Source: Amoebophrya sp. A120
Taxonomy: Eukaryota > Protista > Dinoflagellata
Length of the DNA: 64,000 nt
Direction: 5' to 3'
Assembly: GCA_905178155.1 (NCBI GenBank)
Contig: CAJINV010000009.1
Location: 2,581,373 to 2,645,372, forward strand
Below, one piece after another: positions 12,195-24,300 of this stretch (its first letter is position 1; the number at the start of each line of letters is the position of its first letter). Under the pieces are notes generated by a model. It ran no database searches, had not been told where the DNA came from, and saw only the letters and a list, made by a program, of their open reading frames with translations. The position numbers were made by a program, and so were the translations under genes.

Positions 12195-14960
12195 TCTTTT
12201 TCTTTGCGGTTTTCGTTGCTGCCGAAGGAGGAACGTTGTGGGGAAGAACTACCCACGTCCGACATTTTTACAAGAAACTACTTATACTTTCTTACAGCAC
12301 TGCTTCACAAGAAGCTCTCTCACAGTAAGAAAACTCGCACAAATCTCTCGGTGTGAAAATTGTGCCAAGGCGTACAAATAGTGCAAGTACTTCCGACGAC
12401 GTACTAGCGAATGCTCTTGTCTCTCTCTACTTCTGCCCTGCAGTGTCTCTGGAGAAAGTGCCCCGGATTCTTACGAATCTTGTAGAGAAGGAAGAAGCTG
12501 CACTCTGATGAATGAAGAGTTTGAGCTTCCGATGAATTCGAGTGACAATGCTTTTTGTCTTTTACACACGACCCGGCAAGCTTGTTTGCGACGGAGCTTT
12601 CCGAGGACCTGAAGCTGCACCTCCCCCCACATCAAGGGCCGCTGCTGCTGGCCAGACGAGGTCGCCCGGCGTCGGCGTGTACTTTGTGTTTTTGATTTTT
12701 TTGCTCCAAAAATTCCAACAAAAGTATAGTAGTCGTGTTGTGGTAGCGGTCTGAGAATTCGTTCGTAAGCATCGTAACTAGAGTAGAAGTTTTTTTGATG
12801 TAGTAAGCCATTTCCTCCACAGCCGTCCTGATTCCTGTAGCAGCTGCCGCTATGCGTATGGTACATGAGCGTCTACCCCAAATTGAACGCTACATAAAGA
12901 TAAAACTGAAATCAGCCCTGTGGTGCAAGCACTGGAATTTAGAAGATGACGGAGGTGGCACAACTACAACAACAAAATCATACTATAAGCACAGTCAGTT
13001 TTCTGCAATTTTGCTTCATCACTCCACCGCCTGTGGAGGTTGATGTGACCAACTACGCAAGTACCAGTCTTTTTCTCTTACTCTTACTCTTGTGCCACCT
13101 GCTCCACTCGGAGTAATATTAAGCTAAAACTGTCACGACACACACACACAACTGTATGTGTATGCAGCGACAAGATAAACACCTGCTCGTAAGCTGACAA
13201 CAAAAGTGTTTCAAAACTGCGCACGGGATGCTGCTGTTGGCAACTTCAGAAAGCAAAACACTAAAAAAGGTGTGCGTAGTTGTATATTAGCGTCGCCTCG
13301 CCTCTAGTTGTGTCACTTACTTATCTTCACACACGCACTCTATTATATTTGTTGAAATTTTAACGGGGTAGGCTGGAGCGGTTTTTTGTGAAATAAAACT
13401 GTATTTTTTAGCAGTTGTAGGGGCAGGGGGTGAAGCTAGGGGTTGTGGTCAAGATGAAAATCTATGAGGATTCAAGTCCATCAGGATGAATAATAAAGTC
13501 CATGATCGGGATGAAAATCTTCCACCAGGACAAAAATCCATGAGGATGAAAATCGAAATCCAGCAGGATAAAACAAATACGTCAGGACCACGACCGTTGG
13601 TCGTGTGGAAAATGAAAATGAACAAGACGGAGCCTAAGTGTTGTTTATGTTTTTCTTGTCGTGTGGCCTCCAGCAACAGAAAAAGAAGTAGCAGTCGTCT
13701 CATCCTCATGCTCGTCACTTTGTAAAAATTGCAAGGAAAATTCTTACACTGATGACCGCTTTTGCGGCAGCTTGATGTAAGAACTTGTTCTATCAGGGAA
13801 TGGAGTGAAAGGCTATGACATAATGATCATGGTAAGTGAATTACTATCCTAGTCGAAAAGCGACTTGCTCTTGTTCCACCAAGCGACCTCCAGAAGAAAC
13901 TACATAAGTACCGAGAAGGTACCTACTAGAATCATCCAGCACACTTATACTCAAGTCGAGACGCCGGCGCAGTCGCAGATCGAGGTCCAGATGGTGAAAA
14001 TAAACGCCTCACGCTAGCCGTACCTGAAGAAGCTGCCCTTAGCTCTACATGATATCCCTTCTAAAACAACCTCACAGCTGCCAACAGATGGAGGCCTGCG
14101 ACTTTAATACTCCTCTTGCTTGAAGATGTCTAGCTTCGTCGAGTCAGGGGATACCCGAGCGGTGCTGACAAGTAGTTAGAACAAACTACCACAACAGCTC
14201 CACCTGCGACTACATTACTGACGTTCTTGAGAAGTGCGAAGGTGAATATGAATTCAATAGGCGGGCTACGCAGTAGTGCCTGGGTAGAGTTAGAAAATGG
14301 CTGCTGCTGTTGGTGTTTGTAAGTATTTTTTTGTGTTTTTCGAATATCTATTTTTTTGCGTTTTTGTTTTTGTAACATGTATTTTTCTGCGGAAATAACT
14401 ACCTCAGCAGCTCCGCCTACGCTACAATTCCAGTTGCAAAAAAAAATCAAAACAGGGAAATTTATAATTGGAATGGGTTTAATAAATTAACAAAATTGAA
14501 GTGGATCTTCTGGACTTCTCCTCGTCCACCTTAATGCTGCTGAGCGATGCTGCCGGAAGATCCTGACAGCTGTACATCAAAGTTTGTTTGTAGTTTGTTG
14601 AGGATGTAGTAATATTTCTATTTGGATAATTGTTATGCGTGTTGTGTAAAACCTCAAACGAATGAGGATCAGCTTGCTTCAAAAACGAGTCATGTTTCAC
14701 AGAGTGGTGGAGGTAGATTTTGTTATCTGGCTGGACGGAACTTACAGGTGTAACAAGAAAGGTGAAGGAAAGAAACAAAATTTTCGAAATGATGAAGGCA
14801 CAATCTCTGCCTCTCGACAAAGAACAAGAAGTGTAACATCGACTGCAATTATATTCGTACACATATGCTTTGCGTCCTGTGGACAGCTGGTCTCTCACAG
14901 TGAGAGCCTTCTGCCAACAGGTGAGAGCACTTTTTCCGTAGTTATACTTGCATACTAGGA

Positions 14961-15344
14961 TTAACGCGCAACCCCATTTTGACTGTTCATGTAGGGAATC
15001 ATAGCGGCGGCGGCGTTGGTTGTGGGAGCAGATGTGGCCTCCGCCTCCCACTCGCAGCAACCTTCCGTGTTGAAATTTTCGTTGCAATCCACTTCCCCGA
15101 AGTCACCGCACTGGACTTCGTTACACGGCTTTGGTAAATATTCCAAAAAACTTCCGCCAGCCGCGGACTGCAAGAAGGAAGAGGAAGGCGAAGGGGTCGA
15201 GTGAGCCTTTTTCGGCGAAGGGGTCGAGGGAGCCTTTTTCGAATAAGTGTCGTCTATGGAAGGAAAAGCGCCAACTGTTGCATTCACTGTATCTACATGA
15301 AGTGCTAGTAGCAAGCACGGGCGCCCGGCCATCCCCGCATGCAT
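14961..15344 (-). CDS. Possible small secreted Cys-containing protein
   Basis: Single ORF with a hydrophobic N-terminus, a KKA(P/H)STPSP tandem repeat (15187-15243) and C-x4-C-x6-C-x8-CC. Confidence 0.4.
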   Translation of the reverse strand: MHAGMAGRPCLLLALHVDTVNATVGAFPSIDDTYSKKAPSTPSPKKAHSTPSPSSSFLQSAAGGSFLEYLPKPCNEVQCGDFGEVDCNENFNTEGCCEWEAEATSAPTTNAAAAMIPYMNSQNGVAR

Positions 15345-15921
15345 GGCGCGCCATTTTATCGCCAAAATATTATGAATGTCTAGCACGACGCCCCGGACGT
15401 GCTAAAAGTTCACAGAACGCGCCAGGCTGGGATCACGAGACCGACACCGAATTCAGTGTTTGATATTGGTCGTCGCGGTATGATTTTCGTTGCATACATA
15501 CAACTACGCACTATACATTAGCACACGACGGACACGGGCAATGTCTGTGCTATTGGTTTAATTAGTAATTGACTTTCGAGGCCTTCGGCTGCATAGACCA
15601 ACTGACTCTAGTTGTTCAGCTGGTTCAATTGGAGCCGATTACTTGAGATGAAACGAAAAACAGGTATGGAGATTTCACAGTCGACATTTCGCATTCGGAA
15701 CTTCAGATCTGGAAGCTCGAATCTCAAATCTCGAGTGACTCGAGTCCTCGACTATATTGTGCCGGCAGCTTCTTGCTCAGAAAGTCAAAGCTGCAAAACA
15801 TTCGCGAAAGTCTATCTAAATTCAAACTCATCGTCGCGCCGGGCGTGCTTGTAATAACTACGGTCGCCGACCGTGCTTGCTACCGCTTTGGTATTCATTG
15901 TACGAATGAAACAGCTGCATA

Positions 15922-16140
15922 CTACTTTCCATGCATATTTTCTGACCGTTGGCACGTGCGCGTGTCGGGGCAGAAATTCAAGTTTTCGACGAAGGCAGTC
16001 GGCCCCGCGTTTTCACTTCCTTCCCACGCGTGCGTAGAACCAGTCGCAGCAGACTTCTTCGCCTTCTTCATCTTCGCGGCGGACGCGCCTCCCGCGGAAA
16101 GGGTGGCGGCCGAGCCGGTGACTTTCACGAACTTCCGCAT
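15922..16140 (-). CDS. Possible short hypothetical exon/ORF
   Basis: GC-richer, coding-like ORF MRKFVKVTGSAATLSAGGASAAKMKKAKK.. Confidence 0.25.
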   Translation of the reverse strand: MRKFVKVTGSAATLSAGGASAAKMKKAKKSAATGSTHAWEGSENAGPTAFVENLNFCPDTRTCQRSENMHGK

Positions 16141-18339
16141 TCTTTTTGCTTGTGGTTGTAGGTGGGGTTCTTGCAAAAGGAGGTTTATCTACAACTTCCG
16201 ACGGAGTCGAAAGTCTTACTTTTGCACGAGGCCTTGCCTTTGTTTTACTCCAATTCAGGACGAGCAGATGATGCTCTTTGTCCTTACGACGGTAGTTGTG
16301 GGAGAAAAAAAACTGTGCTCGTCTGGAGAAATTCAAACTCGCGAAGTTGTGTTGGAATGGCAATGCTTTTCCTCTTTGCTCAATGAAAACTTGGCACGTT
16401 GATGTTAATCCGTTTCTTATTCTTTTGCTTTTGCACGAAGATGATCATGCACTTCTACAACGATGAAGACTGGCGCGACATTGAACGAAAAGGGTCCTAC
16501 GACTTGGACGACGCTCGGATACTACACGACGAACGATGCGTTTAGTGTTGTTCTAGCGTAAGTAAGTTGTACCACGACGCGATCACGTTTACGATACGAC
16601 CCACATCAAACGATAACGATACTTATTAACGAATGCGAATCAATGTAGTTTTCAGCTTGATGTTGATCAGATAATTTGCTGGGCATTAATATACACACGC
16701 ACGATGATGTTGAACGATGGTGCCAACTTTGACTCTACTTTCTGCTGAACGATGAGGAACAGCCCTACTTTTTCTCGGGCCATCTCTCCACCACGCACAG
16801 TCCTCACGAAGTACCCTGACGGTTAATATCTTGTTCAAACAGGACGAGAACACAGTAGAAACTACCGCGGACCACTTTATTCCATGCAAATACATTTACA
16901 TGGAAAACAAGCAAGCTTCTAGGGCTTGGCACTAGACACCAGAAATGAAACACAATGTCAGATTCATTTTTTCAAAAAAGCAAGAGTTGTTCGTCTTCGT
17001 CATCTCGGTAGGTGCAACTTATAAGTTTTTGCCATGTGATATATTGATATTTGATTTCAGATTTCTTCGAAAAAAATGAAAGCTAGCCCTAGCTGTTGAC
17101 CACATCATCGCACAGTCCAAGAGCCCGGCGCGAGGACGAGAAGATAATTCTTAGAGAAAACGTTGCCGGTCGGGATGAGTCGTCGGCATGCAGCGAGCTG
17201 TCGATAGATTTTTTTTTTTGTAAACTATAACGAGCAGGAGGAGCTGGAGGAGCAACCCCTGCTCCTGGCTCCTGAAACTGTCGTGAAAGTAGAAATGCAA
17301 CAAATTCAAAGATACTGAAAAAGTGTGATGTCCAAATGAGCCCGAGGATACTCTGCTGCACCAGCACATCTTCCGCAGTTCACTTCCGTATGATCTGCTT
17401 TCTATGCATCTGACAAGGACTACAAATAGCATATATTTTGTCTTGTAAGAAAGTAATTGAGAAAGAATATTTTCATTTTAAACATAGCTGACATGTGTCC
17501 CTGATCATCGGGAACGTAGATGCTACATCATTTTCTTCCCTGCTTCTGCAAGGTGTCCACCAGAAAATCGATTCATTTGAAACACGGCATCAAATGTGAT
17601 CCTGCATAACAAACAATTCTGTGCTAGTACCTTTTTACCTAGTCAAAACATCTATTTTCCTCTCGATGATTTCCCAATTTTATGTTGAAATTCGTTTTGA
17701 AGCATTGTCATTTAAATGTGAGATCGTGTTAGCTGATAACAAGGGTATAAAAGTAGAAAACGAAAAGAAAAGCTAAATAGAAATCCATCCGAAATTCAAG
17801 CACGAAACTTGGTTGCGATGTAAAATTTGATAAAATTATAGAAAAATTATAGAAACAATTCAGAAACAGTGGAGAACTAACTTAAGTAAACATGTTGTAT
17901 TTATGCCGCCACCCTTTCGCTTTTGTCTCCTTCAGTATAACTGTTCAACATGGTTGCGCCCTGTATTAAAATAAGAGGAGTGGATACAGACACTGTATTC
18001 CCGAACAGAAACATTTCGTATAAAAAATCAGATCGAAAATAAGAGATCGTGTAGCATATTTGTAGGAAGTAACAGAAGCCAGCACTAGCTGGTTGCCTCT
18101 GAAACTCGGGGTGCAAAGACACAGAAAAAATTGTCATGGAAACGACCTAAAGCTAAAGCGGTGATTTATTTTCTCTCATGCAATGCTAACATAAACGACA
18201 AAGCAAGTTGTTGTAAATGTGTTGCATCGTTTTACGCGAGCATGTCACCAGTGCGCTACTAAAAGGATACTGTCATTAATTTTTTTCTTCGCGTAGGGGT
18301 CGCAAAGTAGGAGATTTGGAACAAGCTTTTACGAACACA

Positions 18340-21300
18340 CTACATGATCGCACACTCCCCATCTTTGCCTCCCGGCGGCATCTTTCCGTATCCGTTCTTA
18401 CCGCGAAATATGAGAGTACACAAATCCCCACCCGCAATCGTGACGCATGGGGAGCAAGAGAAGCGCCCGCACAGAAGCACGACCTCTTGCATGACAAGAA
18501 ATGAGCACAGGACCACTCTGGTCCTACAAATTTGGGCATTGCTGGAACCTGTCATACAAACACCATCGAGAAGAGGGAGCCAGAGAGAAAAAGAGACTGA
18601 GCTTGGTGTGGTGCATGACAAAGGAAGTAGGGGGAGGGTAAGGTGTGTGTTCTCATAGTGAACTGTCGACCGTTGCTCGTCGGATTAGAGGTGGATACCC
18701 GCTTCACTCCGACTGGGCTTCCGCCAGCAGTAGCACCATCACCTTCAGCGCCGCACTCCCGCGGACTCGCGGTATGAAATGCAAAAGCATCGTACTAGTG
18801 TACATTCCATTACAAGAAATTGGCTTTAGCATTATAATGCGGATTTGCCTTCAAAAAAAAATTTGTAAATGCATAAACGCAATCAGCACGAGTACGATAC
18901 TTGTGCACAGGATACGCGATCGGGCTGGGCAAATCGGCGGGGACCGGTAACTATCCATTGCAAAAGCATCGTATCTATTTGGGAGGAAGAATCGCGGGAC
19001 ACAAAAAAATTTGAATTTCAACTGTGTGCTCGCTTCTTTAGGCGAGCGAGTGACTGTTGTACGTGCTAATTGAGTTCCTGAGAGTAAGTGGCAGGCAAGC
19101 TGTGTTTCAACAATTTGCCACCAGAACTTGACTAAAAAAAACACCCGCTTTGATGTCGAACAGCCAAGACTGGGGAGTTGCCTCAGAAAAATCGCACCGG
19201 GATGCTCTTAGTCCTTGGCTTCAGGCGGGACTAGCACTACCTCCTCATCCGTGCTAGCCCTACCAACCTCCGCGCAGCCACGAGGTCCAAAACAAGCCGC
19301 CTCTGCTTGCCCTTCCTCGTGTCCAACAGGATCCTCAATGCTGGCAGGTCCTAAGAGAGCCTCCTCTGCTCTCCCTTCCCGTCAACATCACCGTAGCCGA
19401 GGCTTAAGCGATGGCACGCAAACGCCACCAGGAGACACTGGAAAACACGAAGTTACACCCAGCATCGCCCAGTTGCCTTGCCCCTAAACCCTTCCTAACC
19501 CTATTAACCCTTTCTTATTGCTCATCCTTGCGGATTTGTCGCAGAGCTTTCTTTATTTTATTTTGCGATCTTTATTTTTTTTTTTTCCGATTCAAACAAA
19601 TTTGCCTTCAGGGGACCATGGTAATGCCGGTGGGTGTGGATCTGGTACAGCTGTTCTCGCCTTGTGAAAGATGGGGATCTGGTTCGTGATCTTGTATAGA
19701 ATTTTGTTACCGCAGATGAACATCGTCTGCCTTCATCCGCCACTGCAACTAACTGGCGCTCTAGCTGTATCAGCTGTCGTTTCGCACGGATCCAGCTTGC
19801 AACTGGGTCTTGTTCTTCGGACAGAAGTGTAGCGCAGGGTAACTGGTATCCAGATCTTTGACACGGTAGGAGAAGAAGTTAGCACAGATCTTCAGACGGT
19901 AGTGTGGAGCAGAAAAAAAAAAAAAACTATTACTCTGATCTTCAGCACGGAACCGTGAGAATATCGACCGAGGAAGCTACAACCCCCCTCCACCTTATCC
20001 ACCTACTTCTTCCGCGCCTTGCGTGTCCAGTTTCCTTCTCTTTACCGCCTCCTTCGCATCTCGCAGCCACTGTTCTGGAATAGTAGCAGCTTCCTCCTCC
20101 CGTGTGGGTTTGTCGCTTATCGCACTGTAGGGCCACCCGTGACCCAAATCTATTTTCTCCTCTGGCTTCTGGATGGCGTCCATCAGCCTATTTCAAGATA
20201 GTCCAAAAATTTGAATTTCAAGATAGAAAAAATGAAACTACTAAAGCTCGCACACACGCAGGTTCTGGGTTAGGTCAAAAAAAGATGCCGAATCTGTCAT
20301 GTCAGTGTACAATTCGACGTACCAATACGATACTTGTCTATTTGCAGTGGATAGCAACTTCGCGGCGGCCGGACTCAGACCCGCGACGGAGCTGCAGGCC
20401 ACGATATGGATGTGTCAGGATCGAAATCGACAAAATTGAAAAATTTGTGATGCATAAAATGCAGGGCACTGGAGGCCTGTATTGGGGAGCAGGCAAATGA
20501 GGCCGATTGCAAGCCTGTTTAGGGGAATGCAATGCCAATGCGCTGCCAGAGTAGCATGACAGGAGCAGTCTTCTTGTTTGCCCAAACAGCGCGATAGACT
20601 GGATTTGGGTGCTCCCGAAATTTGTCATGCGCCACTTGGAAACTGAGGCCCGAACTGACATCGATTTTGTGCATCAAAAATTTTTCGACTTTGTCAATTT
20701 CGATTCTGACACTTCCATACACGACGGGAGAATCGTCGGACTGGACCGGGAGGACTGAAATTATGTGCAAATATGTCTCGGTCTGAAATTGAAAAGTTGA
20801 AACTTGTTGTAATGCTAGCGCTACATTCCAGGGAACTCTGTAAGTATTGCCAAACAGACTGCGCTACCGAAGATAGTTCTGTAAATGATTGGGAAACGCG
20901 GCCGCTTCATCTTGCTACATCAATGCTATACCGTCTTCTCCCACAAGAGCGCAGAAGCCACCCCCTATCCTGAACAAAAAGAACGTCGCCAGCACCCCAG
21001 GGTTGTCAAGATGGGACTTTGGCAACACAAATCAACAAGTTTTGTAACTGCTACTGGTACTGTTACGCATTACAAGTTTGGGGTGGTCGGAGTCGTGCGC
21101 ATTTGCATGACAACTTCTGGGTCGTGGGGGCCACGCTTTTACACAGGATACCTCCGCTCGCCGAATCATGCCCGTTCTCAAACAGGACGTTGCATATGGC
21201 ACTCTCAAACGTTACACTCTGAGCTGTTACATGATTTGTCATGCGAATTTACCACCAAGATCGCCACGGTTAAGCTGCTTGGCATGACAAATCTCGGAAG

Positions 21301-24300
21301 GGCTGAACAGCATTTAAATCTACTTTTTACACCAAATCTGTAATGCAAAAGGCGCAATCTTCCGCGTTTCACTTTTGCCATTCTGATTCTTGCATCACAA
21401 ACCCATGCAACAGCTGAGAATGGAACAGTTGAGAGCGCCATATTGCACTTGGCTGGCTTGTATGCACTGCAAATACGTCGTCTGGGTCTGGAACAAGAAT
21501 GAAAGGTTTCGCATGGTGCATACCTTGCGAGCTCTAGCATCCCATTTTTTTTGAAAAAGAAGGGTCCGCAAAAATATTGATTATGCCTATAATCCGGCAT
21601 AGATCCACGAGCGCTTCCTTCGTAATATGTCCAAAAGTGGGTAGGGTGCCTTTTTGTGGTGCTGTTAAGAGCAATACAGATTCAGATTTTGGCGAGGACA
21701 CTCAGACGTCGCATGACATTAAACTCGGACTCTTATCTTCCAGACCCAATCCTCATATTCGCGGTTGATAGCTCGCCGACCATCGGTGAGTCTGGGTTTT
21801 TATCCTGTGCAGAAGTATCGTACTCGTAGTAATCGCAATCATTGCATTACAAATCTACATCCCAAGGCGAATCAGCATGACAAATTCCGTTTCTCATGCT
21901 TAGCTAATTTGTAATGCGATTCATACTAGTACGATACTTTTGCAATGCATAATTTTCCACTGGGTTTTCCAACAGCCAGAGTTTCTATGCCAGTGCACAA
22001 CTCGAACTTCACCCCGTCCGCAACGTTTGCGATGCAAACTTACAAGAATCCGCCGAGCCAGCATTGCCTTGCAGTTTAATAGAACTCCTGACTTCGACTT
22101 GCATCACATGCTCCACCAGCACTTCCAACCATACTAGATTCCGTGTCTTGATGATTTGTCATGCATACCCTGCTACATTTCTCATTCTTTTGTGATAAGT
22201 AGTTTCTGATGCTGTTCCTGCTTGTCCTGCTATACAAACTTCGAGGGAGCAGGGAGTAGTTGCTCTCGTGCGCTCTCATAGTTTCCAGGTTCCGTCAGCC
22301 AACTGACGCTGCGTCATGTCGGAGGGAAACTGTTTCACCTAGCGGTAGTGAGTGATGTCGTGTAGTATGTTTTGTCATTACAACGTAATACAACGTGTTA
22401 CAACGTAAAACCCGCATGCGCATGACAGGTGTCTGTGTCTCGGTCTCCTTGTCTTGACGTTGCATGACAAACGAAACCATTTTACCAATTTCCACAACGG
22501 CACCCGGCCGATCTCCTTCCAGGCAGATTTCACATCGTGGTCTTTGCACACACGATCCAAGACCGCCTCCTCTAACTCGTACTTGCAAAAGTAGTTCAAA
22601 ATCGCCTTCTTCAGACTCTGCATGCACTCTTCCTTCGGCCGCGGCGGCTGCTTCGGGAGCTGCAGCGATTCGTTCTTTGTCCTGTGCAAAAGCGCATCGC
22701 ACGAGCACGTGGAATTTTTTTTTGGGGGCCAGGTATGCTCGCGCATGACAGTAGATCTACTCCTGCTTTGCCTTCTTCCTTCGTCTTCAATATGGCTACA
22801 TCTACATCAACGACAAAATTTATTATTTCCCCTTGGAAAAAATTGATGTTGGCCATGCAATTGCAAGAATTCCTACCAGGACTGCGATAGTGCTTTTGCA
22901 ATGCATAATCTTACCCGGCGTCGCAGACAGACTCATGTTCATGGAAGAATTGTTCAGAGCTTCGGAGGTGGAGGTACGCGACAAATTGCTGCTGTTGTAA
23001 AACGGAATCTGCGGGGACTCACCTTTTTTATTTTTGTTATAATTCGATCATAGTCTTCGATTCTCCTTCATCAGATCATGCTGAAATTACTTCGCGATCG
23101 CGCTACAACTTCTAGGGTATCAAAATTCTATACCGGTCAAGTTCACAATCCGCTGTTGGTTCATGGTCGTCAGATCCGGCGACCCAAACGGCGCCCGGTT
23201 ATGGAAGTGGCAGGATTGAAATCGTCAAGGTTGAAATAATGATTTGTCATGCAAAGAATGCAGCCGACAAAGTGCCTGTCTTGCAGAGTAGGCAAGTGAC
23301 GCAGATTGTAAGCCTGTTGAGGCGGGGTAGCAACTGAGCTGCTAAAATAGCATGACAGGAGCAGTCTTCTTTGCCGAAACAGCATGACAAACTGGATTTC
23401 GGCTCTACCCAAATTTGTCATGCGCCACCTGGAAACTGGGTTACAACTGGCATCCATTTTATGCATGACAAAGCAGTTCAACTTTGTCGATTTCAAACGA
23501 CCTGACGCTTCCATACCGGTGCGACCGTCCGTACGGGTGGGCCGTGTATCCTGAGTAAAAACGTACCCACGCCAGAGTTGTAATGCAGATTTGCAAAGAC
23601 AGGAAGACTTGTAATGCGCATCCCCATGAGAGCCATTTTCAGTCGTGTTTTGGAATTTGTGATGCTGTGAACAGGATGAGCAGATGAATCTGTGACGCAG
23701 CTGCACTTGCTAACCTGCACTACACTGCATAAGTGCAACTTGTCATGCGTGACTCACAAAACTCCTAGGCTTGTGTTGCAAAATCCCCATCCTGACTCTG
23801 GTGTGGGTACGTTTTTACTCAGGATACCGTGTCCAGGGTGGTCACACCGGGATCGGTGAAGGTACGCTGCAGGAGTGTTTTCGTCTTCTTGTTGTGCATT
23901 GTGATCTGCTGGCAGCTCTTACCGATGGATTCCTCGAACAAGTTGTTGCCGTGCAGAAAGGATCCGCTCGCGTTGGGATTGGAGGGTCCTCCAGCAACGT
24001 AGGTTCCGGTGTTCAAGTTTCCGCTCGACGCTTTTAGCAGATTGTTCTTCTCGGCGTGGTTAAAACTGGAATACACTGAGTTGTTGCTCACGCCAGCCCC
24101 ATATGCGATTGCAAAACCAAAAGTATCGCGATTGCAGTCCTGCATATACAAATCTTGATTTTCTTATTTTTCGTAAACGTAAAGGAGCATTACAAAAAAT
24201 TCCATTGCTTATGCTCAGGAAATTTGGAATGCGAATACTACAAATAATCGTACGATAATTTATTTGCAATGCATACCCCAGCACTGGCAACGACCTCTGG

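Noticed and set aside
18952-20353. Autonomous transposase inside the long elements
   Set aside because: No ORF long enough and no DDE, tyrosine-recombinase or reverse-transcriptase motif seen here or in 55900-56695.
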